Shown here piece by piece: positions 9,025 to 17,785 of a stretch of 64,000 nucleotides of DNA. This DNA is from a virus. The translations under genes were made by a program, and so were the position numbers. The stretch covers positions 1 through 64,000 of the IMG/VR virus record IMGVR_UViG_3300037484_000731; one strand, written 5' to 3'. The notes beneath the pieces were generated by a model, which did no database searches, was not told where the DNA came from, and was given only the letters and a program-made list of their open reading frames with translations. The number at the start of each line of letters is the position of its first letter. The stretch's first letter is position 1.

Positions 9025-9844
9025 GTAACACCTCCTCTATTTTTTGTACCCTAAAAAAGGGTATTACAGTATTAGGATTCAGATTAATGATCCGATCCTT
9101 ATAAAAATCAAAATGCTTGAACATCTTGATATTAGTCGCTGCTCGTTCACCTCGGTATCCCTTATCATTGCCATATCTCACTTTACCATCTGAATCATAG
9201 AAGTGAAGATCGACAGCATTTTTATTTAGGTCATATCCGAGTAAATAGATTGGGTTAGCATCCATCGCTATAGCCAGACTGATTGCTGCCATACCAGTTA
9301 GTCTCGCTCCCCAGATTCCCCTATTAAATTTGGCCTGTACTCGGTCATTGTTTACATAAAAGGGGATCGCATTTGGATTATCTTTGTGATACTGCGTCCT
9401 GAAGGAACAAAAAATCATACCTTTATACGATTGAAAAAACTTTCTTGCTTCATTATCATTCTTATCGAGAAAATTTGCATCGAGGAATATGCAAGCGTCG
9501 GCTTTCGGATAATAGATCACCGAGTGATTGATTGCGATAGTAAAATCATTATCCAGACGTGAAAAATCAAACCCTCTCAGACTTGATCCCCCGCCGATAA
9601 TGAAACACCGCTTTCCTTTAAGCATTCCATCTATGTTGTGCTTGTCACGTGTGAGACCACTGAATTTGTCAAATAGTCTCTGGGTATCTTCATCTGGGAT
9701 ATAATCACCTGATTCAATCAGTTCTCTGCACATATTAAGGGGAGCTATAACCCAGTCCCCCTTCTTTATCTTCTGAATACGATCAGGGTAGACCACATCT
9801 TTAATCAAAGCTTTACCCGTGTATTGTACATTACCTACTATCAC
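9008..9844 (-). CDS. DUF115/Maf-like putative nonulosonate/glycan transferase
   Basis: GKRCFIIGGGSSLRGFDFSRL...FTIAINHS matches the DUF115 core. Confidence 0.5.
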   Translation of the reverse strand: MIVGNVQYTGKALIKDVVYPDRIQKIKKGDWVIAPLNMCRELIESGDYIPDEDTQRLFDKFSGLTRDKHNIDGMLKGKRCFIIGGGSSLRGFDFSRLDNDFTIAINHSVIYYPKADACIFLDANFLDKNDNEARKFFQSYKGMIFCSFRTQYHKDNPNAIPFYVNNDRVQAKFNRGIWGARLTGMAAISLAIAMDANPIYLLGYDLNKNAVDLHFYDSDGKVRYGNDKGYRGERAATNIKMFKHFDFYKDRIINLNPNTVIPFFRVQKIEEVLHEAAS

Positions 9845-10323
9845 GATAATAACCCCACATCCCTGTAAAATTCGACTCGTATTTCGGCTCTCGCCACGAA
9901 GAACCGGTCTTCTCTTTCGAGATAATCCATGGGAATTGACGTATTGTCTGGTAATATACCATCAACAATACCCCCCAAAGTCTCGTCAAACTTAATCGCA
10001 GTCCATATGTCATCAGAAAAATCAAGTATCCCAACTCTGTAAGTATCCGAATTATCATCACCCATTATAGCAATATTTAATTCCATTGACGTTGTTGCAA
10101 ACTGGATGAGTACTGGAAATACATGACGTTCAAATTCTTTCCTTGACATATCATCAACAGCCCGCTCTATCCGTGCATCTGAAGGTACGACGTTAAAGAA
10201 CGGAAATTTATCCTTTTCCATCAGTTCATATGGGTCTTCTGCCACATAAGCGGATTGAAAAGCATAACTTAAGTCCGGATGATTCTTTAACTGATTGAGT
10301 AATGCTGTTACTGTCCTTTTCAT
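9841..10323 (-). CDS. hypothetical protein, probable head/neck structural component
   Basis: ORF with a 4-nt overlap to its neighbours, between capsid genes and the glycan island. Confidence 0.4.
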   Translation of the reverse strand: MKRTVTALLNQLKNHPDLSYAFQSAYVAEDPYELMEKDKFPFFNVVPSDARIERAVDDMSRKEFERHVFPVLIQFATTSMELNIAIMGDDNSDTYRVGILDFSDDIWTAIKFDETLGGIVDGILPDNTSIPMDYLEREDRFFVARAEIRVEFYRDVGLLS

Positions 10324-10883
10324 TTGTAACCTGCCTCCAGAGATTTACGTAACCAACTATACGTAAAATTCGCATGCTTAACACCACTATTAAAGGTCTT
10401 AGCATCGAGCTTGAGGAAATTATTGAGCCGAATAGCCGTGTACTTGTAAATTGGCCTTGGCTTCTGCACCCGCTTCCCCTTGCCTTTGGTCTGATTTCGT
10501 GTTCCGAAATGGAAGACCTTGGAGTAGTCATACCGATTGGGATCATTAGCTGCGACAGCATTTGAATTTAACTGCCATGTGAGAGATTTAGATTTATATA
10601 ATTTAATTGCATTCTTACTGGCTGCATCTTTCATCACCCCCGTCTTGTAACCAATACCGGAGACGTGATGTTTTCTTATCTTCCAGATAAGGTAATTGAC
10701 GCTAAGCCTCGGCCAGAGTTTGTGAGTATCTCGTGTCGGATGAAACTCGTAATCAACGAACTCGACGATCTTGGGAGTAACAGCAACCCATAGTGGTGTT
10801 GCGTCCCCCGATCCTCTTCTGATCTCTTCTAACCACTTAATAACCGCATCTTTGTTCTTGATATCAAGTTTAAATCCTTCCAT
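10320..10883 (-). CDS. hypothetical protein, probable structural
   Basis: Tiled ORF in the late operon; basic C-terminus. Confidence 0.4.
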   Translation of the reverse strand: MEGFKLDIKNKDAVIKWLEEIRRGSGDATPLWVAVTPKIVEFVDYEFHPTRDTHKLWPRLSVNYLIWKIRKHHVSGIGYKTGVMKDAASKNAIKLYKSKSLTWQLNSNAVAANDPNRYDYSKVFHFGTRNQTKGKGKRVQKPRPIYKYTAIRLNNFLKLDAKTFNSGVKHANFTYSWLRKSLEAGYK

Positions 10884-10884
10884 A

Positions 10885-11373
10885 TCAATTCTTCACGCTG
10901 TCATCGACATAAGTCTGACCATAGAACGCCTCGCCCTCATTAATAAATCCACTAACTCCCTTCCTGACGTAGAATTTTTTATTTGATCCACCATCAAGCG
11001 AAGGATAATCCTTCGGCGTATAGTCTACTGCTCCTGCAACGAGCTTGAGTGTTCCATCAAGCGTTTTATCTCTAAATTTTTCATACTCCTTTTTGAAGTA
11101 TTGTACATCAGTTAATTCATCAACCTTTCTACTGACGCCATAATACGCAACAAGACAGAGTTCAACTGCCTTGAGTGTAGCGAGTAAATTAAGAAGGTCT
11201 GAGGTTGCACCAATTCCATCCAGCGTCACTCCATCTATAATTGGACTAAGATCGACTTTGATTATCTTCTCTGCTTGAGAGATTCTATCAAGGACGACAT
11301 CCGGAATGACATCTTCTGTTTTGATCAATTTTCTGTCTGAATTTCTGACTTGAGCTTCCGTACAGTATGCCAT
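10885..11373 (-). CDS. hypothetical protein, probable head completion/connector
   Basis: First gene after the major capsid gene; strong AAGGAG RBS. Confidence 0.4.
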   Translation of the reverse strand: MAYCTEAQVRNSDRKLIKTEDVIPDVVLDRISQAEKIIKVDLSPIIDGVTLDGIGATSDLLNLLATLKAVELCLVAYYGVSRKVDELTDVQYFKKEYEKFRDKTLDGTLKLVAGAVDYTPKDYPSLDGGSNKKFYVRKGVSGFINEGEAFYGQTYVDDSVKN

Positions 11374-11398
11374 CTCTTTACTCCTTATTATAAAGGCT

Positions 11399-11419
11399 GG
11401 GGCTGCAGAAGGCAGCCCC
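11399..11419 (-). terminator. GC-rich stem-loop (GGGGCTGC/GCAGCCCC, 5-nt loop) 28 nt past the major capsid stop; partial terminator or RNA-stability element
   Basis: Perfect 8-bp inverted repeat read directly; the downstream T-tract is weak (TTTATAATAA). Confidence 0.35.
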
Positions 11420-11446
11420 TTCCCCTTTAATTTACCAAGGTTGCCC

Positions 11447-12397
11447 TTAGTCTATGACGTTCTGCATTAAATACCAAGTTTTTAACTCGGCCTGTAGAAT
11501 ATCATAATCCCATTCAGCTAAAATCTTCATGCCGTCTGGGTCTGTCTGATTCTCGGTGTATATCTTTAGCGGATCATACTCCATTGTCAGCACGCCGAAC
11601 ATCTCGTCAACACCTGGGTTTGCCGGAACGTAACCTATCAGGACGTCCTTACCCCAAGTATTTCCTACTGATGCGGTTAAACCCTTGTTGTAATTACCTA
11701 CACGGCCATTGGAAACAACAACGTTGAGTCCCTTAATCACTGGCGGGAGACCAACGAGTCTCTGCACTTGACCTTGGAAATCAGCCTGCATTAATTCCAT
11801 ACCGTACTGGTACTTCAACATTTCTCTTACCCAGCTCATTTTGGCAAGGTAAAGGGCTGCTTGGAAAGGAATTATGATCGTATTGGCTATCGCACCGCAA
11901 CCATCATATATTGCTTTAACAGCGTTGAGGATGCTGGTTTCGGGATCAGGGTTGGAATCATCCCATTGAGCATTTGTAATGCTCTCAACATCTTCATACT
12001 GTGTAACGAGTGTCGGGTCTCTCAATACTGCAGCTACCCTTAACTCGTGTTTTAATTTTAATCTGTGAGTCAGCTTATTGGTTTCCCTCTGCTGAAGTTT
12101 GACAGGCTGTTTTGCATTTTGAGCTTCTTTATTTGTAATAACGGAACTCAACGCACGTCTCCTTGTTCTGTAAGAATAAGGAGTTCCAACAGCAAAGTCA
12201 ACTTTATTGGAAGGAACACTTTCGGCGTCATCATTCATCTGCATGATCGCATCATCAGCGTCAACAAACACCTTGTCGCTGAAGTTCTCAACCGGCACTC
12301 TGGGGCAAACTTTGTCTGCAATCAGATTACCAGTGGGATAGCTTAATGCCAGATTAGTTAGATATTGGTCGTATCTTACAATACCCTTAGTACTCAT
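11447..12397 (-). CDS. major capsid protein (candidate)
   Basis: 316 aa; sits after the scaffold-like and decoration-like genes and before the connector-like genes; followed by a stem-loop. No motif-level proof. Confidence 0.5.
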   Translation of the reverse strand: MSTKGIVRYDQYLTNLALSYPTGNLIADKVCPRVPVENFSDKVFVDADDAIMQMNDDAESVPSNKVDFAVGTPYSYRTRRRALSSVITNKEAQNAKQPVKLQQRETNKLTHRLKLKHELRVAAVLRDPTLVTQYEDVESITNAQWDDSNPDPETSILNAVKAIYDGCGAIANTIIIPFQAALYLAKMSWVREMLKYQYGMELMQADFQGQVQRLVGLPPVIKGLNVVVSNGRVGNYNKGLTASVGNTWGKDVLIGYVPANPGVDEMFGVLTMEYDPLKIYTENQTDPDGMKILAEWDYDILQAELKTWYLMQNVID

Positions 12398-12422
12398 ACT
12401 CTATCCTCCTATAGTCTTGGCA

Positions 12423-12842
12423 TTAAGTGGCGTAAGTGCCAATGTAATGCTTGCAAATTTCTACTGGAATGACTTGCCCAGCAACCCAATTCTGAGTAGC
12501 CACACCCAATATCCAAGCCCCAGCTTGCGAAGTATGTTTTGCACCCACACCCGCAGCACCTGCTGTGACTCTATCACCTCTTGATCCCGAACCAGTCATT
12601 TCAACATAAACTATACCGGAATACTTCATTTCGATCGGGTCATGTTCTTCGTAAGTAGCTTTTCCGTTTTCGGAAGCGTCACCACTTACACCCTCGAAGA
12701 AGTAGTTCTGGTTAGTAGCATGAATGACCTCGTCAGGATCAGTACCTGCTTTGAGGATTCTGTACGGACTTACAGCAGCACCCGCTTTCGCTGGAGCAAC
12801 TTTTACATCACGTTCCTCAGTTCTACCTGCATTAAAAGCCAT
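12423..12842 (-). CDS. small Gly/Ala-rich head protein (decoration-like)
   Basis: 139 aa immediately upstream of the capsid gene. Confidence 0.3.
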   Translation of the reverse strand: MAFNAGRTEERDVKVAPAKAGAAVSPYRILKAGTDPDEVIHATNQNYFFEGVSGDASENGKATYEEHDPIEMKYSGIVYVEMTGSGSRGDRVTAGAAGVGAKHTSQAGAWILGVATQNWVAGQVIPVEICKHYIGTYAT

Positions 12843-12853
12843 AATCTTCCTCC

Positions 12854-15091
12854 TTATGACCTGATCTCAATGCCCGCCTGAGTCAAAGCAGCATGTTGTG
12901 TCATGCCCTGCGCTACAAGCTCTCTTGTCCTGTCGGCGATCTTTTTAGTTTCGTCATCGGACTGAGCAGATAGCGAAGTCCTTGTCTGTTCGGTCATCTT
13001 GATTTTGTTAGGATAGTTCTTGAACAAGTCTGTAATGAAAGAAGAGATCGGTTTCTTGATCTCAATTTCCTTGTCATCGACTTTTTCAGAGAACATCACG
13101 ACTTGATCTCCCTGTTCGGACATCAAGACTGGCTTGAACAACTTGATGACATAGGGCGGAACTCCATCGAGTCCAGCCTCTTTACAAATTGCATCAGCCG
13201 TTGATTTCTTAGATTCAAGCCTTGTGTCTTTAAAGCTCTCACTCAGCTTGGCCACAGCCTTGTCCTTCTCTACAAGTTGCAACCTAACAATGTTAAGTTG
13301 ATCTTCGTATTTCTGGACTGCTGTACCCACTGCGTTATCCACAATGGATTGTACATCTGAAAGAGCAATCATATCACCGTCAGCTCTCTTGGAAACTATA
13401 GGAGTTTCTTCTTTCTTCTTCCCGATTGATTTGATCATCTCAGAGAATTTTGTCAGAAGACCCTCATTGTTCTTTTCAAGCTTTTGCTCAATGATCTGCT
13501 CAACATTTATGGTTTTATCATTATCGCCCATAAACTTTCCTCCGTCTTCTAATGATAAATTCCCCCTATAGCCAAGTCCCTGACTCATCGGCACGTCTAC
13601 CACGTGCTTCATAGAAGGAATGTTGCTCAGAGCTACTGCTCTGATTATATTCTTTCCTGTCTCCCGCCAGTTTCTAACAAGCTCCGGTGAAAGACTGGTG
13701 AATAGCCTACCGCCAAATACCAAATCCTTGAGTTTGGATGGAATCTGTTTGATGTCAGCCACAACCCTACGCCCCTTTCTCCTGAAGTTGGAGAGTAGAC
13801 CCAAATTTGGTAATTCTTCCCAAATGTCAACGTCTGCCATCTTGTACAGCTCTCTTAATATGAGCTGCTGATCTGAATGGCTAAGCTTAACATTTGGCTT
13901 GACCAATCCTTTATTAATTACTTCATTAGTCCATTTTGCGTAGTCCTCTAAGTCCTGCTCCGAGAACTGTAGTCCATAAGAGTTAGGATAATTGTTTAAT
14001 ACTTCAACCTCTTTTATCTCTGTGTAATCGCCAGAGAAGAGATCACTTATTAACTCTGACATCTTCATATCCTTATTCCCCTTATCTTCTTTTTTCCCAG
14101 TAAGAGGCTCATCAAATAACTCGTTCATCATCTCACTGGTCATATCTTCAAATTCGTCGCTATCAGTCATCTTTATTTCGTCATCCTTCACGAGCTGCCA
14201 GTCTCCCTGAGCGACTTTCTTATATTTCTTCCCATCCTTACGAGTTGAAATGTGTCCGATTGGATACCCCTTCACTGCTTTTTCGCTCTTTTCCTGCCCG
14301 ATCTCCTCAAGGTAGATTGCACTTACATGCTTAGCATGAGAAACAATATCATTATCAAAGTAATCATCTTCTTTCTTTACTATTCTATATCTCACGTCTC
14401 TGGAAACAACAACTTCTTTTTCTTTGGGAAAACGTGAAAAACCCTGAATATCCACAGCCTGAGTGTTCTTCTCTATAATAATCTTTAAGTTGTATCCATC
14501 AGGCTCATATTCTCCATTCTTCTTAGAAAAAGAAGACATTGCACTAAGCTGAAATTCCTCCCCAACTATGGCCTTAGCATACAAGCCATTTTTATCCTCA
14601 ACTCGTCTGCTAATCTCTCCTTTGTATTTGGGAGCAGTATCAATATATTCCTTCATTGTATGATATACATTACCAATTCTCGTACCTTCATATGTACTAA
14701 TATCAAATCCTTTGTCAATCCCTCTAACTTGCTTCACTAAATCAGAATCACGAGTCCACTCATCTATATCCTTGAACTGCCTTTCATCTACTTTAACAGT
14801 ATAATCACTCTCACTATCACCGCCACGAACTAAGACCTCATATGTAGAACCCATATTTATACCAAGAGGAGTAGCAATATATTCTTTATCTCCTTGGGCA
14901 AGCGGATTGTCAGCCTGTAATTCATCAAATTTATATCTTTCAGAGGATTGCAGTCCTCCCCCGCCCTTGGGAGCAAATTTCCCATTATCCCCTCTTGGAT
15001 GTTCTTCCTCTTCCCAATCAGAAAATTTCTTCGGATTAAGTTCCTCGGCAAAAATCTGATTAAAGAGTTCCTGTAAACTAATTTCTACCAT
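12854..15091 (-). CDS. large acidic head-morphogenesis protein (scaffold-like C-terminal half)
   Basis: 745 aa, Glu/Lys-rich with coiled-coil-like C-terminal 250 aa; position between portal and capsid. Confidence 0.35.
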   Translation of the reverse strand: MVEISLQELFNQIFAEELNPKKFSDWEEEEHPRGDNGKFAPKGGGGLQSSERYKFDELQADNPLAQGDKEYIATPLGINMGSTYEVLVRGGDSESDYTVKVDERQFKDIDEWTRDSDLVKQVRGIDKGFDISTYEGTRIGNVYHTMKEYIDTAPKYKGEISRRVEDKNGLYAKAIVGEEFQLSAMSSFSKKNGEYEPDGYNLKIIIEKNTQAVDIQGFSRFPKEKEVVVSRDVRYRIVKKEDDYFDNDIVSHAKHVSAIYLEEIGQEKSEKAVKGYPIGHISTRKDGKKYKKVAQGDWQLVKDDEIKMTDSDEFEDMTSEMMNELFDEPLTGKKEDKGNKDMKMSELISDLFSGDYTEIKEVEVLNNYPNSYGLQFSEQDLEDYAKWTNEVINKGLVKPNVKLSHSDQQLILRELYKMADVDIWEELPNLGLLSNFRRKGRRVVADIKQIPSKLKDLVFGGRLFTSLSPELVRNWRETGKNIIRAVALSNIPSMKHVVDVPMSQGLGYRGNLSLEDGGKFMGDNDKTINVEQIIEQKLEKNNEGLLTKFSEMIKSIGKKKEETPIVSKRADGDMIALSDVQSIVDNAVGTAVQKYEDQLNIVRLQLVEKDKAVAKLSESFKDTRLESKKSTADAICKEAGLDGVPPYVIKLFKPVLMSEQGDQVVMFSEKVDDKEIEIKKPISSFITDLFKNYPNKIKMTEQTRTSLSAQSDDETKKIADRTRELVAQGMTQHAALTQAGIEIRS

Positions 15092-15470
15092 TATTTTTCC
15101 TATTTAAATAATAAATGGCTTTCTTTAATATCTTTATATCATCTTTTAAAAATCCAATCCCACTATTACATAATTGACAAAGTAATCCTCTAATTCTTCC
15201 ATTTTTATGGTCATGATCAGTTATTAAAAATTCTTCCTGTTTTCCACAAATTGCACATTTACCATGCTGTTGCTGATATAATTTTAAATATTCATCCCAT
15301 GATATATTATATTTCCACCTTAAATTCATTTTTCTATTAAAAATAGGATCTTCTTTAATCCTTCTACGATATGTAGCCTTTTCATTAAATTTCTTACGGC
15401 ATTGAATACTACAATAGATTTGAGTATTATTTTTTTCTTTAAATTCTTTATTACAATTTTTACATATCAT
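15078..15470 (-). CDS. endonuclease-VII-type HNH nuclease
   Basis: CAICGKQEEFLITDHDHKNGRIRGLLCQLCNSGIGFL (Endonuclease_7 signature); N-terminal CNKEF...C..C zinc ribbon. Confidence 0.7.
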   Translation of the reverse strand: MICKNCNKEFKEKNNTQIYCSIQCRKKFNEKATYRRRIKEDPIFNRKMNLRWKYNISWDEYLKLYQQQHGKCAICGKQEEFLITDHDHKNGRIRGLLCQLCNSGIGFLKDDIKILKKAIYYLNRKNNGRN

Positions 15471-15473
15471 AAA

Positions 15474-15812
15474 TTACTTCTTAACTTTATACGGAAGTTT
15501 CTTTCCTTTAGGAGTTTTCTCCTCAAATTCCTTTGCAAGCTCAGGTTCATTAATATGTAAGAAAGCTCTCTGGGCTTGACTTTTCATGGCCATCTTCTGA
15601 ACATCATCTTCCTTACAATCACTCATGCACTGACCTTTCTTATGATCATCATTAAATTGATTTACCATTTTGTTATGGTCTTCCCTATCAGCTTGGAATC
15701 GCTGATTTCTCATGTCGTGGGGCGACATATTAATCTTTTCTTCCTTTTCGGGTTTCTTAGGCTTCCCAATCTTAGCAAATCCCTGTTGTCTTGTTTCACC
15801 TGATGTGCTCAT
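15474..15812 (-). CDS. hypothetical highly charged protein
   Basis: 112 aa, K/E/D-rich; good RBS. Confidence 0.4.
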   Translation of the reverse strand: MSTSGETRQQGFAKIGKPKKPEKEEKINMSPHDMRNQRFQADREDHNKMVNQFNDDHKKGQCMSDCKEDDVQKMAMKSQAQRAFLHINEPELAKEFEEKTPKGKKLPYKVKK

Positions 15813-15857
15813 ATTGTTTCTCCTATTCTTACTAAATAAATAAATATCGATTTATTC

Positions 15858-16418
15858 TCAAATAAGTATTGCTACTGCTACAACTGTAGTCCATCCATCC
15901 TGCACCTCGGCAGACTTGGATATACTCATCGATTTAAAATTGTTGCTGCCCTTAATAGTGGACAGCATAATCTTGGCTATTTCTTCGGCTTCCTTGCCCG
16001 TTTCCTTTTCATTTTGACCGAAGCTATGATGTTCAGAGATGTAACCATAACCATTTCTATTATAAGCCGGTACGGAAATCTCTGCTCCATTCATAAGTCT
16101 ACCAGTGACATTCTCCTTTTTCGCATGAAAGGCCACCCCTATAGCCGAAGAGATAAGCCTATTCTTTTCATTACTTTCACATCTCGACAGGACACAATGA
16201 ACAATTGAACCTGTTGGAATCTGATCAAACTCCAATTTATCAAAATTCGGTATGACATTCGGCGGTAAAATACTGGATACCTGTACCAGATTAAACCCCG
16301 CAATCCCAGCATCCCTAAGAGCCATCTCAAATGATACGAGCTGTTTCTTTGCGCTGCCAACACCACAGGTTAATACGACTTTCTTCGGTTGATATATCAT
16401 GTTAAGTTGATCCCCCAA
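15858..16418 (-). CDS. pyruvoyl-dependent arginine decarboxylase (PdaD/AaxB family) homolog
   Basis: LRDAGIAGFNLVQVSSILPP aligns with archaeal PdaD LLNAGIGNVNLIRISSIMPP, including the Ser-Ser self-cleavage site; about 180 aa. True start probably MIYQPKK (16400, ATGA overlap). Confidence 0.7.
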   Translation of the reverse strand: MGDQLNMIYQPKKVVLTCGVGSAKKQLVSFEMALRDAGIAGFNLVQVSSILPPNVIPNFDKLEFDQIPTGSIVHCVLSRCESNEKNRLISSAIGVAFHAKKENVTGRLMNGAEISVPAYNRNGYGYISEHHSFGQNEKETGKEAEEIAKIMLSTIKGSNNFKSMSISKSAEVQDGWTTVVAVAILI

Positions 16419-17677
16419 TCCTTTAGTCTATTTATCTCCTTCTGGGCTTCCTCGATAACATCGGGGAACATACCCAGATCATAACTTTTTACTTGTTCAA
16501 CTATATCCTTAAGTTTGTCAACTGTCTCCTCAAGTGTATTGCCAAGAGCAACAACAGAACCAATCTCAGGAACATGATTACCCTGAGGTATAACATAATA
16601 ATTGTTGTTGATCATCGTAAGATCACGGAGTTTAACGTTATCCCGTATACTTTCAGGAAACTGTATTGCTTGCCAATTATCATCCGCAAACCTTGAATGG
16701 ATGAGCAGCTCCACACCAAATTTATAGTCTGTCTCAAAATCAATACACCTACCCTCTGCTCCAAACCAAAGTATGTCAGGTAAGTTCTTAAACATATCAA
16801 TGTAAATCTCACTCGGCGGGCTACCCGCTCTTGTACAAGGGTCTATGCAATATGCTGTCTTGTCTTTCACGATCCGGAGTTCTGTGCTGAAGAAATTCCT
16901 GTAGTGATACCTACTGAGTGTATCTGCAATGACATCATTAAAGCCTCTGATCTCCTCCGGAAATCGATTATAGTCCTGTACGATAGCAATATAACCTTTA
17001 TCCTTAATTTCAACGCCATATATACCCTTAGTGGGAAACTGGCCATCAATCGTATAACCATCATACCCTGTCTCCACCGCATCTCTTATGTTCTCCTCTA
17101 CAATAAATTTCTTGCTATATTTCATTGCTCCGAGGCTATGTTCAAGTTGATCGAGTTTAGGTTCTATAAGCTTGTAATTCTCTGCATAGAAGGTCTCAGT
17201 ATCTCCCCGTGTGACATTGATCTTGACAAATTGGTCTGCATGCTGCTTGAGATATTTCCTCAAAGATTCCATCCCGATCACAACTTCATATTTACCAACC
17301 GGTAATCCAAGTGATTTGAGATGTTCCTTGGATTTGTCACGATAAATCTCCAGTTCCTCTCCCTTTCTGCTGCCCCAGACCCTCTTCCCCAATTCTTCGA
17401 GATGCACCTGTATACCCCCACAGTAGACATCCGGAAAGACGAACAAATCCACATCATGAATTATATCAAAGAAATCATATATTTTCTGTATCCCCGCAAG
17501 CCCGCTTCCGATAAGTAGTTCATTTGAAGTGGGAAAGGAGTTCTGCCATGGGTTGTAATAGTAGACCTTTCCAAAGTACTTAGCCAGAGTTACAGCCATC
17601 TCAACAAATAAACCATTATCATAAATACAAACTGATTTCGTGTTATAATTCTGGATCATCATCATCCTCCTCGTCAC
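16397..17677 (-). CDS. hypothetical 426-aa protein paired with PdaD homolog
   Basis: Track start is a GTG. The likely start is the third Met at 17659 (AGGAGG RBS). No confident motif; vague resemblance to ATP-grasp-type ligases only. Confidence 0.45.
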   Translation of the reverse strand: MTRRMMMIQNYNTKSVCIYDNGLFVEMAVTLAKYFGKVYYYNPWQNSFPTSNELLIGSGLAGIQKIYDFFDIIHDVDLFVFPDVYCGGIQVHLEELGKRVWGSRKGEELEIYRDKSKEHLKSLGLPVGKYEVVIGMESLRKYLKQHADQFVKINVTRGDTETFYAENYKLIEPKLDQLEHSLGAMKYSKKFIVEENIRDAVETGYDGYTIDGQFPTKGIYGVEIKDKGYIAIVQDYNRFPEEIRGFNDVIADTLSRYHYRNFFSTELRIVKDKTAYCIDPCTRAGSPPSEIYIDMFKNLPDILWFGAEGRCIDFETDYKFGVELLIHSRFADDNWQAIQFPESIRDNVKLRDLTMINNNYYVIPQGNHVPEIGSVVALGNTLEETVDKLKDIVEQVKSYDLGMFPDVIEEAQKEINRLKDWGINLT

Positions 17678-17773
17678 CTTCTAAGTCTTCATTTTCTATA
17701 AAAAAATTACCCATGGCATCCTCGTCCTCATCTCTTTCATCCACATATCCGAGTAATTCCATATCTGGCATCA
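17642..17773 (-). CDS. small highly acidic peptide (43 aa, MMPDMELLGYVDERDEDEDAMGNFFIENEDLEGDEEDDDDPEL)
   Basis: Hand-translated; AAGGAA RBS 6 nt upstream; overlaps the start of the next gene. Below the ORF-track length cut-off. Confidence 0.25.
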
Positions 17774-17785
17774 TATCTTATTCCT

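Noticed and set aside
17677-17677. GTG start codons assigned by the ORF track for the 426-aa gene and the giant gene
   Set aside because: In both cases a better explanation exists: an internal ATG with AGGAGG at 17659, and an open frame continuing past the window edge at 64000
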